Below are positions 9,801 to 18,844 of a DNA stretch of 33,524 nucleotides, one piece after another. The stretch spans positions 1 through 33,524 of the IMG/VR virus record IMGVR_UViG_3300037631_004214. The stretch is one strand, 5' to 3'. The position numbers were made by a program, and so were the translations under genes. The notes beneath the pieces are model-generated. The model was not told where the DNA came from and ran no database searches. It saw nothing but the letters and a program-made list of their open reading frames with translations. Source of the stretch: a virus. Lineage: Duplodnaviria; Caudoviricetes. Numbering within the stretch: position 1 is the stretch's first letter; every line of letters begins with the position of its first letter.

Positions 9801-11550
9801 CTTTGATGCCGGTAAAATAGAAAATAATGCCAGAGGAGTAGTAGCTTATGCTTTAGCAATGGGAGCATTAGCAGGAGGTGCAGGAGCTTCTGCTGTAGCA
9901 GGATTAGCAAGTATTGGGGGTAGTCTAGTTGAAGGGTTAGGTAGCTTTTTAGGAGCCGCTCCTCCAATGGATAAAGTACAGGAATTCGGTAAGTATAACT
10001 TAGATGCTGATAAAATTGAAAATAACGCTCGTGCTGTTGCTGGATATGCATTAGGAATGGCAGCTTTAGCTGGAGGTTCTGCAGGTAGTGCAATAGCTTC
10101 TATAGCAGGAACTGCTGGTGCTTTAGCAGATGGTATTACAGGACTACTAGGTGGACAGTTACCTTTAGATAAAGTAAGTAATTTTCAAAAATACAATTTT
10201 GACCCCAAAAAAGTTGAAAATAATGCCTCAGCAGTAGCAAGTTATGCACTAGGAATGGCTGCTTTAGCAGGTGGTTCTGCAGGAAGCACTTTAGCAAGTT
10301 TAGCAAATGTTGGAGGAGCTTTAGCAGATGGATTAGTAGGGTTGTTCGGCGGACCTCTACCTTTAGATAAAGTAGACAATTTTCAAAAGTATAATTTTGA
10401 TCCTAAAAAAGTTAAAAACAATGCTTCAGCAGTAGCAAGTTATGCATTAGGAATGGCAGCTTTAGCTGGTGGTTCTGCAGCAGGTTCAATAGCTTCATTA
10501 GCTAACATAGCAGGCAGTGTAGCGGATGGACTAGTAGGATTTTTTGGAGGAACTCTTCCTTTAGATAAGGTTAAGAATTTTGAAGGATATGATTTTGACC
10601 CAGTAAAGATTAAAAATAATGCAGATGCAGTTTCTGCTTATGCCATAGCAATGGCCAAATTAGGTGGCTCAGAAGCAGGTAGTCTTTTAGGTTCAATTGG
10701 TAATATAGGCTCTCAGTTAGTTAACGGTATTGCTGGATTTTTCGGTGCAGAAACAGGCATACCGTATGCTAAAATAAAAGAATTAGGTGAAGCAGGTTTA
10801 GATGCTGAAAAGATATCCAGTAATGCTACAGCATTAGCAGCTTATGCTAAAGCAATGTCTGCATTAAATGATGTACCAGCAGGATTTTTCAAATCTCTCG
10901 GTAAAGCAGGTGCAGCATTAGTTGAGGGAATAGTAGGAATGTTTGGAGGTTCAAGCGGTATACCTTACGAGAAAATAAACGAATTTGCAAATGCTAAATT
11001 AGAAACTGAAAAAATAATTACTAACGCAGAAGCTTTACAAGCATTTGGTAAAGCAATGTCAAGCTTAGAAGATTTTGACGATCATACTGACGATTTTGAC
11101 GACGGTGTAAGCGACTTAAATTCAGGTATAAAAAAATTCAATAAACTTAAAGATATAGATACTACAAAAATTGAATCTTTAAGAACATCAATGCTTGCTA
11201 TAAAAGATGCTACTTCCATAGATTTATCAAATGCTGCTAGTGTATTGCAAAATTTAGAAAAATTTGCCGACACGGTAGGTAAAGGAGTAATAAAGGTAGA
11301 TATAGCAGCTAAAACAATATTTAGCGAAGAACTAGAAGGACTAACTACTACTATAAATGAATCCTCTAATAGAGAATTAGCAGAACTTAAAAAAATAAAT
11401 AAAGAACAAACTCAAGAGCATAGAAAAGAAATGCAAGAATTAAGAAGACAGACAATGTTACTTGCAGAGCAACTTGATCCTTCAAGAAGAAAAACAGTTA
11501 TTAATATGGATGGATTTAGAGTAGGTAAAGCTTTAACATCGAGATACTAA
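6859..11550 (+). CDS. Tail tape measure protein
   Basis: 1563 aa, Ala/Gly-rich and helical, located after the chaperone; LDFESSMAKEMEAELMLGKELNL, hydrophobic segments, internal repeats and C-terminal INMDGFRVG. Confidence 0.92.
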   Translation: MAVDPNEGASKQRAEELKQANIEGAKFKATMEGLNAVFKDFKKTSSDALKQDADLLGQLSTLSKGFGKAVSLSDKIKGFTVNDLKNAKQRNAFQTALNSAQGDQARVAADIAMLEDTIASKVTQSNQALDSAKVLREQLGALGQRINDRDDYQISQQEKIETIKKKINSLDFEKNGLVGKAAEEKEREIEALVEEEIRLEKILESSNKIFEKQKAKSNQLEEDAQNLETLSSNYKDQADFSTEILNTAKEYKKEIEGTVDAAGELNKKVEAVNQAGNSLLKSFSEFGSKIGGMIPVFGDLFQTVFGELGQAQGLFETAVAQGTSKAGARYKALTGTIKALTLAAAASFASLAFQGAKTASEAFKIVKQGIGGGLIDASKAMSSASAAAGEMGIPLSEAAGYIGQMNSALGTSLGFSGKQVATFGKLTRNMGVSGEAAAKLFKFAVKTGTSYEDMAANVAGTTEKLNAMNGTAVAPQAVFEEMGSASQTILRNMKDNPDALIKAAAGARAMGMEMNRIADAAESTLDFESSMAKEMEAELMLGKELNLDKLRAAAATGDQVTMQEEMKRLVMENKDALEGNVLAQGMMADTLGISKEELNKMLNTTEDQAKMAEQDAARKEANAKNEKKTARELGEQQLKVFKSINSLSDRIAKFQESLSLGAYKFFNLIRDAFDPKDIMGSLGRIKDLVIKTFKDAFTGGDTVFKNTLGKGSMLGMLLGAATVTGGALTIGFKGLSAIGSIFKKMRGTPMMPMFVKNIGDKTAGMFGKLTSMFKKKEGGAAAAGGGGILSKLTSVFKKKGSGDLVKSASSPSGFRDKMGKFAKAPGKSAAAGAAGGGGGLAGVGKSIGGFAKGIGKGFEGLMKGLANGIKAFGNPVILKGAAILSGTIAIIGAGIAGASWLMGKALPSLAEGMESIAELDGSALLKAGAGMAAVGVGLTAMAAGTAAQAVGGLMGAIGSFFGGDGIDEMLKKVEKFGKDYSFDAGKIENNARGVVAYALAMGALAGGAGASAVAGLASIGGSLVEGLGSFLGAAPPMDKVQEFGKYNLDADKIENNARAVAGYALGMAALAGGSAGSAIASIAGTAGALADGITGLLGGQLPLDKVSNFQKYNFDPKKVENNASAVASYALGMAALAGGSAGSTLASLANVGGALADGLVGLFGGPLPLDKVDNFQKYNFDPKKVKNNASAVASYALGMAALAGGSAAGSIASLANIAGSVADGLVGFFGGTLPLDKVKNFEGYDFDPVKIKNNADAVSAYAIAMAKLGGSEAGSLLGSIGNIGSQLVNGIAGFFGAETGIPYAKIKELGEAGLDAEKISSNATALAAYAKAMSALNDVPAGFFKSLGKAGAALVEGIVGMFGGSSGIPYEKINEFANAKLETEKIITNAEALQAFGKAMSSLEDFDDHTDDFDDGVSDLNSGIKKFNKLKDIDTTKIESLRTSMLAIKDATSIDLSNAASVLQNLEKFADTVGKGVIKVDIAAKTIFSEELEGLTTTINESSNRELAELKKINKEQTQEHRKEMQELRRQTMLLAEQLDPSRRKTVINMDGFRVGKALTSRY
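9790..11070 (+). repeat. About 7 tandem ~198-bp (66-aa) repeats within the tape measure gene
   Basis: KYNFDPKKVxNNASAVASYALGMAALAGG-type units start at 9991, 10189, 10387 and 10585 (198-bp period), with degenerate copies on both sides. Confidence 0.85.
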
Positions 11551-11559
11551 ATAACTAGA

Positions 11560-11566
11560 TATTTAT
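11560..11566 (+). promoter_or_regulatory. Class B TATTTAT motif
   Basis: Intergenic, upstream of the ATG at 11596. Confidence 0.55.
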
Positions 11567-11595
11567 AATTATATTAAACAATTAAATTAACAATT

Positions 11596-11784
11596 ATGGC
11601 ACTTATTGATTCATTAAACTCAACAAACCTAGGATTAAACGGTGAAACTCCACCTAACAGAGAAGGAGCATCAGCTGATACTTCTAAAGTACATGTAGAT
11701 GGTCAGACTCAAACAGCAGAACATTCTGCATTAGATTTAGACGGAGCAGTACCAACTAAATATATGGATAACCCTCCACAGTAA
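11596..11784 (+). CDS. Small acidic hypothetical protein, probably virion-associated
   Basis: 62-aa ORF with A-rich leader, ending 1 nt before the next start. Confidence 0.7.
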   Translation: MALIDSLNSTNLGLNGETPPNREGASADTSKVHVDGQTQTAEHSALDLDGAVPTKYMDNPPQ

Positions 11785-11785
11785 T

Positions 11786-13039
11786 ATGGCTTTAGTAGAT
11801 CTAAAAACAGATCTAAAGTCTTTAAAATTTGAGAGCGGGCTAAATAGGAAGCCTTTTGTCGTTAAAGATGTAGATCAACGAGGCGGACGAAACTCCGCTA
11901 TAGATGTCATCGGTATACAAGCAGCTAAGAGATTAGATGATGTTGTCCGAATGGCAAAACTCGTTGTAGCTAAACCTGGCTTAACACATGCTGCTAAACA
12001 GGCACTATATACCACTATATCTGCAGCCGAAACAGGTAAGCTATATGATAACGCTGAAAAAGATATTCTTAGAAATGCAGCAGATATACTTGCCACAGCA
12101 GTTACTAATACAGCACAAACAGCGGTTAATGGCTTAGGTATACATACATTCAAAGGGTTACTGCAGACAGATGGTGACGATCGTCAATACACAAATACAG
12201 TTAAAGGACCGGGTTTAAAAAGTCCTGCTCACTCAACTCAAATATCTCAAGGAGTAAAAAAGTCAAAAAAGCTAACTATTAACAAAGCTGATAAGTTACA
12301 ATATGGGAAGATAGACTACTTAACAAAACCTAATAATTCTGAAGCAGCGGATATGGTTAATGTTAATGAAGGAACACAAATAAAAGATGACACTATTAAG
12401 TTTTATTTTAAAATATTAGGAGAAACTTCGGATAAGGATATTTTACTGCAGTTTAGAGCTTACCTTTCAACACTTAGTGATTCTTTTTCAGGACAATGGA
12501 ATAAAACTCAAATGTTAGGAAGACCTGAAAATTTTAAAAGCTATAATGGTTTTGAAAGGAATATAAATTTAGGATTTAAAATAGCAGCTGAGACAAGAAA
12601 AGACTTACTACCTTTATATAGAAAACTAAACAGATTAGCTTCAACAACAGCACCAACATTCTCACCAGATGATAATCAATTATTTATGAGAGGTACTTTA
12701 GTTAAAGTTAGAGTAGGAGATTACTTATATAACCAATTATGTAACGTAGAAAACGTAGCATTATCTTGGGCAATGGACTATCCTTGGGAAGTCCAGTTGC
12801 AAGGTAAAGATGAAGATGATGTTCAAGTATTACCTCATGTATTAGATGTTAGTATGACTCTTGGAGCAATACACGAATTTGTACCGACTGCTGGTGATAC
12901 ACCATTTTTTGGTAAAAATACATCTGTAAAAGAGGGAGAAGATTTTAAACCTGGACCAGATTCTTTATTTCAAAAAACAAAAGCTAAAAATCCGGACAGA
13001 GTAAAAAATAAAACTGAATTCCAATACCCAGATGAATAG
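11786..13039 (+). CDS. Putative baseplate tail-tube initiator (gp48/gp54-like) protein
   Basis: C-terminal FRAYLSTLSDSFSGQW...LGRPENFKSYNGFERNINLGF...VRVGDYL...PWE pattern; position after the tape measure. Confidence 0.65.
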   Translation: MALVDLKTDLKSLKFESGLNRKPFVVKDVDQRGGRNSAIDVIGIQAAKRLDDVVRMAKLVVAKPGLTHAAKQALYTTISAAETGKLYDNAEKDILRNAADILATAVTNTAQTAVNGLGIHTFKGLLQTDGDDRQYTNTVKGPGLKSPAHSTQISQGVKKSKKLTINKADKLQYGKIDYLTKPNNSEAADMVNVNEGTQIKDDTIKFYFKILGETSDKDILLQFRAYLSTLSDSFSGQWNKTQMLGRPENFKSYNGFERNINLGFKIAAETRKDLLPLYRKLNRLASTTAPTFSPDDNQLFMRGTLVKVRVGDYLYNQLCNVENVALSWAMDYPWEVQLQGKDEDDVQVLPHVLDVSMTLGAIHEFVPTAGDTPFFGKNTSVKEGEDFKPGPDSLFQKTKAKNPDRVKNKTEFQYPDE

Positions 13040-13337
13040 ATATACTAACATCAAAAAATCTAAGACAGAAATAGGAAGAAGGTACATATTTAATGCTGTG
13101 TATCCTGATATTCCTGCTACTGCTAATGATACATACGTTATAACAACAGGAGGGGACAGGTATGATACTTTAGCCCAACAGTTTTACGGAGATAAATCAC
13201 TATGGTGGATTATTTCTACAGCAAACCCAGGAAGCAACACAGACTCATTATCTGCTAAACCTGGAATTCAATTAAGAATACCAGCTAACCCTCAAACTGT
13301 AATAGATAGATACAATACATTGAACAGAATTAGATAG
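13032..13337 (+). CDS. LysM-like baseplate protein (gp53/gpX-like)
   Basis: GDRYDTLAQQFYGDKSLWWIISTANP...GIQLRIP. Confidence 0.85.
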   Translation: MNRYTNIKKSKTEIGRRYIFNAVYPDIPATANDTYVITTGGDRYDTLAQQFYGDKSLWWIISTANPGSNTDSLSAKPGIQLRIPANPQTVIDRYNTLNRIR

Positions 13338-13339
13338 GT

Positions 13340-15595
13340 ATGGCAAAAGAAGGAGTATTTTTTAAAAGACCTCTACCGTCACTTTCTAGTATTGACCCAG
13401 GAGTTAGAGAACAATTAGAAATTAGAGAAAAGCTTTATAGTAAGGAACTTGGGAATCTAGATCCAAATTTTCTTGCACACTACCTAAATGGTAATAATTC
13501 TTTTGTAAAACTAACTTCTGGCATTGAAGTTGAAGGAATTCCAAATGCTGCGCATAATAATATACTTTTAGGAGGAGTTTTATATAAAGGAGGAACTAAA
13601 AGAGCAGGTATAAGTTCGGATTCTTTTTTAGGGACAGATAAAAACGGTAATAGTGCAGCTTACAATTTTGCACAAGGTGTATCAGGAGATGTTGCGAATA
13701 AAGGAGCAGAAGGCTATGTTCCAATGCCGGGTATAATTTCTTTTGATGTAAAAAATAGAGGTAATAGTGGATTTACTAGAGAAGTTTCTATGCAAGTAAA
13801 ATGCTTTAGTTTAGAACAACTTTCTATTATTGAAAAACTTTATTTAAGACCAGGTTTTAAATGCTTAGTAGAATGGGGGCATGTAGTATATGCAACAGGA
13901 ACAGCAAATGAAATGTCTCCAGTATTTGGACCTCCTGAAACTATATTTTCTGATAAAGTACCCCAAAAAAATCAACTAGCAGAAGAAGCTATAAAAAAGA
14001 AAGCAGGAGGAGATGAGGAAGGGAATAACTTAGGTTTAATAGGAGATTCTGGACACAATTATGATTATATGATTGGACTGATCAAAAATTATAATTGGAC
14101 TTACGAAAGAGATGGGTATATAGTTGATATAGAACTATTAGGTAAGGGTGCTATATCTACTTTTTTAAAAGAAATGCATGGCGGCACAGAACATGATGAT
14201 AGCCCTAAAGAAGAGGAAGGCGTTGAATTTATTGCTACGAACGAAAGTGCATTCGGAAATATATTAAAAAGAATATCACAAGCTGATACCAAAGGTAAAC
14301 AAGATAATAAAGATAAGGATAGCATTGTAGAAGAATGCGACATGGGGAAGATTAATAAAAGCCTTAAGAACTATAAGAGTCAAATGGACGGAATAACTGA
14401 GCTTTTAAATACAGAAGGGGATAGTTACGAATTTAAAGTGTATAGGGCAGGATTTGCCGACGTTAATAGAGAAGCAGGAAATAAAAATTTTAATTTTATT
14501 AGTATGCGATTCTTATTAGGAATGGTAAATTACTTTTTTTTAGAAAGACCTGATTCATCAGATATAGTACCGGAAGGTAAGTTTAATACAACTCTTAAAG
14601 AAGATTTCTATCTAACTTACCCTGAACACTTCAGTATAGACCCTAATGTATGTTTACTACCTCAGCAGACTGGAAAATATGGACTAAAAACCGCTTCTAT
14701 ACCAGGTACTAGAGATAAAGATAAAGGAGATATTATGGATATACAACTCTGTACTTCTTTTTTATATGAAAAATTTAAAGATATAACAGATAAAGGTAAA
14801 GGAACAGCAATTTCTAAGGATAAAAGCATTGGCGAGTATTTAAATACAGTGTTAGATAAGTTAACTGCTAGTTTAGGTAATATAAATGAATTTGTTCTAT
14901 ATAATGACTTTTACCTTAAAAAAGAATTAGGACCTAGTAAAATCGTAGATTTACAAATTTTGCCAAGACCTGAAGGACAACCGGAAACATATAAAATGAT
15001 AATTCCGAAAGGTCCAAACTCTTTTGTAACAGAATTTCAATTTAATAGTGAACTTTCAAACTCTATGCTTAACCTTATAGTCAATCAAGCAATAGTTTCA
15101 GGTACGGACGCAGGTACAGCAACTACAACAGGTTTAGCTGCATTTAATACAGGAATAAAATCTAGGTTTACAACAGAACCGGATAATGAAGCAACTCAAT
15201 ATGCTCAAAAAAGAGCAAAGAAAGCACAAGAGACCCAAGAGGCATTGGTAGATGAATTTACAAAAATCTTTGCAACTTTTAAATACGATGAAGAAGTAGT
15301 TGAAAAAGCTTATTCTAACGGTAGTGCATTAATAAGAAAAGAACTAAATGAATTTTTAAAAGATACAAAACCAAAAAGAGGGCATATCGGAGCAAAAGTA
15401 ACACTCACTATGTTAGGTATCAGCGGATTAAAAGCTTTGCAATACTTTACTTTACCTGATGAAATACTACCTGCTTCTTATTCGGAAAATGGTATAAAAG
15501 TAGGATTTAGAATAGATAATGTTTCTCATGAAATAACAAATAACGTCTGGTATTCAACAATTGAAGCTAACGCAATGATATTATCACAAGGTTAA
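13340..15595 (+). CDS. Putative baseplate hub protein (gp27/gpD-like)
   Basis: Follows the LysM gene; PMPGIISFDVK, YLRPGFKCLVEWG and C-terminal TLTMLGISGL...FRIDNVSHEITNNVWYSTIEA. Confidence 0.65.
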   Translation: MAKEGVFFKRPLPSLSSIDPGVREQLEIREKLYSKELGNLDPNFLAHYLNGNNSFVKLTSGIEVEGIPNAAHNNILLGGVLYKGGTKRAGISSDSFLGTDKNGNSAAYNFAQGVSGDVANKGAEGYVPMPGIISFDVKNRGNSGFTREVSMQVKCFSLEQLSIIEKLYLRPGFKCLVEWGHVVYATGTANEMSPVFGPPETIFSDKVPQKNQLAEEAIKKKAGGDEEGNNLGLIGDSGHNYDYMIGLIKNYNWTYERDGYIVDIELLGKGAISTFLKEMHGGTEHDDSPKEEEGVEFIATNESAFGNILKRISQADTKGKQDNKDKDSIVEECDMGKINKSLKNYKSQMDGITELLNTEGDSYEFKVYRAGFADVNREAGNKNFNFISMRFLLGMVNYFFLERPDSSDIVPEGKFNTTLKEDFYLTYPEHFSIDPNVCLLPQQTGKYGLKTASIPGTRDKDKGDIMDIQLCTSFLYEKFKDITDKGKGTAISKDKSIGEYLNTVLDKLTASLGNINEFVLYNDFYLKKELGPSKIVDLQILPRPEGQPETYKMIIPKGPNSFVTEFQFNSELSNSMLNLIVNQAIVSGTDAGTATTTGLAAFNTGIKSRFTTEPDNEATQYAQKRAKKAQETQEALVDEFTKIFATFKYDEEVVEKAYSNGSALIRKELNEFLKDTKPKRGHIGAKVTLTMLGISGLKALQYFTLPDEILPASYSENGIKVGFRIDNVSHEITNNVWYSTIEANAMILSQG

Positions 15596-15604
15596 AAATA
15601 AAAA

Positions 15605-16138
15605 ATGTACTTACCTAAATCAAAATATAAAGGACCTTTTACTGCTGCTTCTGGAGCAAAGAAAGTACTTGTGCTTGATACTAAAGAAGTATACAGCGGT
15701 AAGTATTTTGTTACTTATAAAGATGAATTATATGAAGGCAGGTTTCCTAAAGAAGCAGGACGTCAATTAATTTTTGAAAGTGAGCTTCTAAAAAGGGAAA
15801 AAGATAACCAAAAAGAATTAAAACCAAAACCAAGTTTAGTAGTACCTACTGAGAAAGATTACGAAAATAAAAAATTTAAAAGGTACTTTTCAAGAGATAA
15901 ACGATCCGGCAAAATTATTGAAGTAAACCTTAAGGAATTTAACAACATCAAAAAATACCCTTCGTTTACAGGATTAGAGTTAGATTGGTGGATAGAAGGT
16001 CCTGTTAATGATAAGTTATACAATAACTACTTATACAAAGGAGCCGCTACTCGAAACAAAGAAACTATAAATAAACATAAAAAATCATTCAGAGGTATAG
16101 AAGAATACTTATTTGCTTTAGATGAGTTTGTAGTTTAA
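15605..16138 (+). CDS. Basic hypothetical phage protein
   Basis: 177-aa ORF with YSGKYF, PTEKDYENKKFKRYF and LDWWIEGP; ends the tail gene cluster. Confidence 0.75.
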   Translation: MYLPKSKYKGPFTAASGAKKVLVLDTKEVYSGKYFVTYKDELYEGRFPKEAGRQLIFESELLKREKDNQKELKPKPSLVVPTEKDYENKKFKRYFSRDKRSGKIIEVNLKEFNNIKKYPSFTGLELDWWIEGPVNDKLYNNYLYKGAATRNKETINKHKKSFRGIEEYLFALDEFVV

Positions 16139-16156
16139 AATATTTTTCTTATATTA
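16125..16156 (+). promoter_or_regulatory. Class A promoter variant AGTTTG-N19-TATATTA upstream of the polymerase
   Basis: TTG at 16128-16130 and TATATTA at 16150-16156. Confidence 0.6.
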
Positions 16157-16181
16157 TATTTAACTAAAAGGTTACAGTTAA

Positions 16182-17507
16182 GTGTTTTATATAATAGAAA
16201 AAAATAATAGCTTAGAAGCTATACAAAAGTTGATTAGGTTAGGATGTTATGTAGATATAATTCCAACTAATTTTAACTACCATCCAAAACTTACTTCAAC
16301 AGTAGCAGTATACATAAAATTACTTCATTCAGATAAAGGTTATATAATTCCAATAGACCATAGTGAAGGACTCAACGTAGATAAAGACCGTGTCTATACT
16401 ATACTATCCTCTGCAGAAAAACTATATACATTAAATAAAAAGGAATTACTATATCACTTTAATCTACAGGGTGCAATAGATCTCTCTCTGTTGTTTGCTA
16501 TGAATAATTTCGATAGGCTAGAGTATAATAAACTTAATAAAACTGTTAATCCTTTTTATAGTAGGTATAAAGATACACCTACAGTAAATAAAATAATACC
16601 AATCAGCAAACTATATGAATCATCAGAGAATATATATGAATCTATAAAAAGTGTGATAGAGTACGAAATACCATCTGGTTTTGACTTTTATAATAAGACT
16701 GCTACTAATGTATTTTTCTTACTAGAACAAACCGGAGTAGGTATAATTTACGATGCATTCAATAAAAACTTTAAACCTAAAAATCCCCTGTATAATACTT
16801 TAGATAATAAGTCATTAACGCAGTACAACCTATATAATGCTACCTCAAGACCTACTAATTCATTCAATAGTGTAAACTTCGCAGCAATTCCACATACTGA
16901 AGAGCATAGAAAATGTTTTAAGCCTGTAAATGATTATTTTGTAGAGTTTGACTTTGACGGATACCATTTAAGATTACTAGCAGAGCAAATTGAATATGAA
17001 TTAACATCAGATTCAGCCCACAAGCAGCTAGCAAGACTTTATTTTAACAAAAAAGAAATTACTGATGACGAATACAAAGAAGCAAAGCAAATTAACTTTC
17101 ACGCAATTTATGGAAAAATACCCGACAAGTACTCTTTCCTTGAGATCTTTACAAGAATTGATGATTATATCAAAAAGTTATGGGAACGATACGAAAATGA
17201 CGGAAAAATCTTGGCTCCAATTAGTAGAAAGCCTTTCACAACATCTCTCAAGAAAATGAATCCTCAGAAGTTAATGAACTATGTAATGCAATCTTTAGAA
17301 ACTTCGAGAAATGTAGTGATTTTAAAAGAATTACTAAAATACCTAAAAACTAAAAAAACAACTATAAGTCTATACACTTACGATTCTATTATTATGGATT
17401 TTAATAAAGAAGACGGGAAGGAAACACTTGAAAACATTAAATTGATTATGGAAGAAGGTGGCAAATACCCTGTCTCATTTAAGTACAGTAAAGACTTAAG
17501 TTTATGA
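16182..17507 (+). CDS. polA: Compact, divergent family A DNA polymerase
   Basis: GTG start; motif 2 TSRP..NFAAIP, motif A FVEFDFDGYHLRLLA, motif B AKQINFHAIYG, motif 6 NYVMQS and motif C LYTYDSII. Confidence 0.85.
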   Translation: MFYIIEKNNSLEAIQKLIRLGCYVDIIPTNFNYHPKLTSTVAVYIKLLHSDKGYIIPIDHSEGLNVDKDRVYTILSSAEKLYTLNKKELLYHFNLQGAIDLSLLFAMNNFDRLEYNKLNKTVNPFYSRYKDTPTVNKIIPISKLYESSENIYESIKSVIEYEIPSGFDFYNKTATNVFFLLEQTGVGIIYDAFNKNFKPKNPLYNTLDNKSLTQYNLYNATSRPTNSFNSVNFAAIPHTEEHRKCFKPVNDYFVEFDFDGYHLRLLAEQIEYELTSDSAHKQLARLYFNKKEITDDEYKEAKQINFHAIYGKIPDKYSFLEIFTRIDDYIKKLWERYENDGKILAPISRKPFTTSLKKMNPQKLMNYVMQSLETSRNVVILKELLKYLKTKKTTISLYTYDSIIMDFNKEDGKETLENIKLIMEEGGKYPVSFKYSKDLSL

Positions 17508-17529
17508 TATTAACTTATATTTATATAAA

Positions 17530-17985
17530 ATGACAAATGTTATAGAGAAGCGGTTCGATTACGATATAGAACCATTATGGATTAACGAAGATATGAGCAA
17601 TAAATTATTTTGCACTTTTACTACAGAAGAAACTTTAGAACCTACATTAGAGGTAATAAAAGAGAAGTACTCTATAATGTACAATAAAATATTTGTACTT
17701 TATTCAAAGAGTCAAGATGAGTATATATGTACGTACAACGTAGATTTTGCTAATATTTCAAACTTTATTGATAACACAATATTAGTTCATCGAAAGAAAG
17801 AATCAAATACACTATACACTATCAACGCACTTAACACCCTTATTAAGGAGTTAAACGGCGGAAGATTAGACACCTCGTATAGAATTAACTGGTCAGATTA
17901 CCGCAATTGCGTACTACTTACAAAAGGATCTGAACTAAAAAGAATTAATACTAAACTTTTTCGTATAATAGAGTTGGAAAACTAA
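17530..17985 (+). CDS. Hypothetical protein in the replication module (alternative start ATG 17593, MSNKLFCTF)
   Basis: Contains TILVHRKKESNTLYTINALN; preceded by TATTTAT at 17518-17524. Confidence 0.75.
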   Translation: MTNVIEKRFDYDIEPLWINEDMSNKLFCTFTTEETLEPTLEVIKEKYSIMYNKIFVLYSKSQDEYICTYNVDFANISNFIDNTILVHRKKESNTLYTINALNTLIKELNGGRLDTSYRINWSDYRNCVLLTKGSELKRINTKLFRIIELEN

Positions 17986-18003
17986 ATTATTGTTCGTATA
18001 TTA
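17972..18003 (+). promoter_or_regulatory. Class A promoter AGTTG-N20-TATATTA
   Basis: TTG at 17974-17976 and TATATTA at 17997-18003. Confidence 0.7.
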
Positions 18004-18040
18004 GTATTAATAAATGTTTTAAATAATTAAATGTTACATT

Positions 18041-18844
18041 ATGGATATTAACGCAATCAAGGCAAAACTAGATGCCTTAAACTCTTCTGGTCAGGAGAGA
18101 GAGAAAACTGACTACTCCAAGATTTTTTGGAAACCTGAATTAGGAAAACAGACTATACGTTTAGTACCGTCTGCTTTCGATCCTGCTATGCCTTTTAAAG
18201 AGCTAAAGTTTCACTACGGTATTGGAAAATACCCAATGGTAGCTTTATCGAATTTCGGTAAGCAAGATCCAATTGAAGAGTTCGTAAAAGAACTTAAAAA
18301 GACATCTGACAAAGACAATTGGTCTTTAGCAGGTAAAATTAATCCTAAGACTCGTATTTTTGCTCCTGTAGTTGTAAGAGGAGAAGAAGATAAAGGAGTA
18401 CGTATATGGGGATTTGGTGTAACCATCTATAGAGCATTACTTGCCCTTATAGCAGATGAAGACATCGGCGATATTACAGACGTAATTAACGGATGGGATT
18501 TAGTTGTAGAACAAGTACAAGGTAATCCTTACCCTGAAACATCTGTTCGTATTAAGCCAAAACAAACTGCTTTATCAGATAATAACGATTTAGTAGATAC
18601 ATGGTTAAAAACTCAACCTAACCCTACAGAGGTTCATACTCAGTACGATTATGAGTTTATTAAGAAACAACTTCAAAATTATCTTAACCCAGGTTCAGCA
18701 GAAGAAACAGCTCCTGCTAAAGCTACAAATGAAGATAAACTGCCAGAAAGCTTAGGTCAACAAAAAACAGACTTTACTTTGGAAACAGCTACGGCTGGCA
18801 ACAAGGACACAGTTAGTAAATTTGATGACTTATTTAATGAATAA
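18041..18844 (+). CDS. Single-stranded DNA-binding protein (T4 gp32-like)
   Basis: FWKP..GKQTIRLVP, FHY, VVVRGEEDKGVRIWGFG, DITDVINGWD and acidic tail KFDDLFNE; adjacent to recA. Confidence 0.8.
   Translation: MDINAIKAKLDALNSSGQEREKTDYSKIFWKPELGKQTIRLVPSAFDPAMPFKELKFHYGIGKYPMVALSNFGKQDPIEEFVKELKKTSDKDNWSLAGKINPKTRIFAPVVVRGEEDKGVRIWGFGVTIYRALLALIADEDIGDITDVINGWDLVVEQVQGNPYPETSVRIKPKQTALSDNNDLVDTWLKTQPNPTEVHTQYDYEFIKKQLQNYLNPGSAEETAPAKATNEDKLPESLGQQKTDFTLETATAGNKDTVSKFDDLFNE

Noticed and set aside
3445-15595. Extracellular contractile injection system or tailocin
   Set aside because: The tail genes are contiguous with a phage replication module, RNR and tRNA, which indicates a phage genome.
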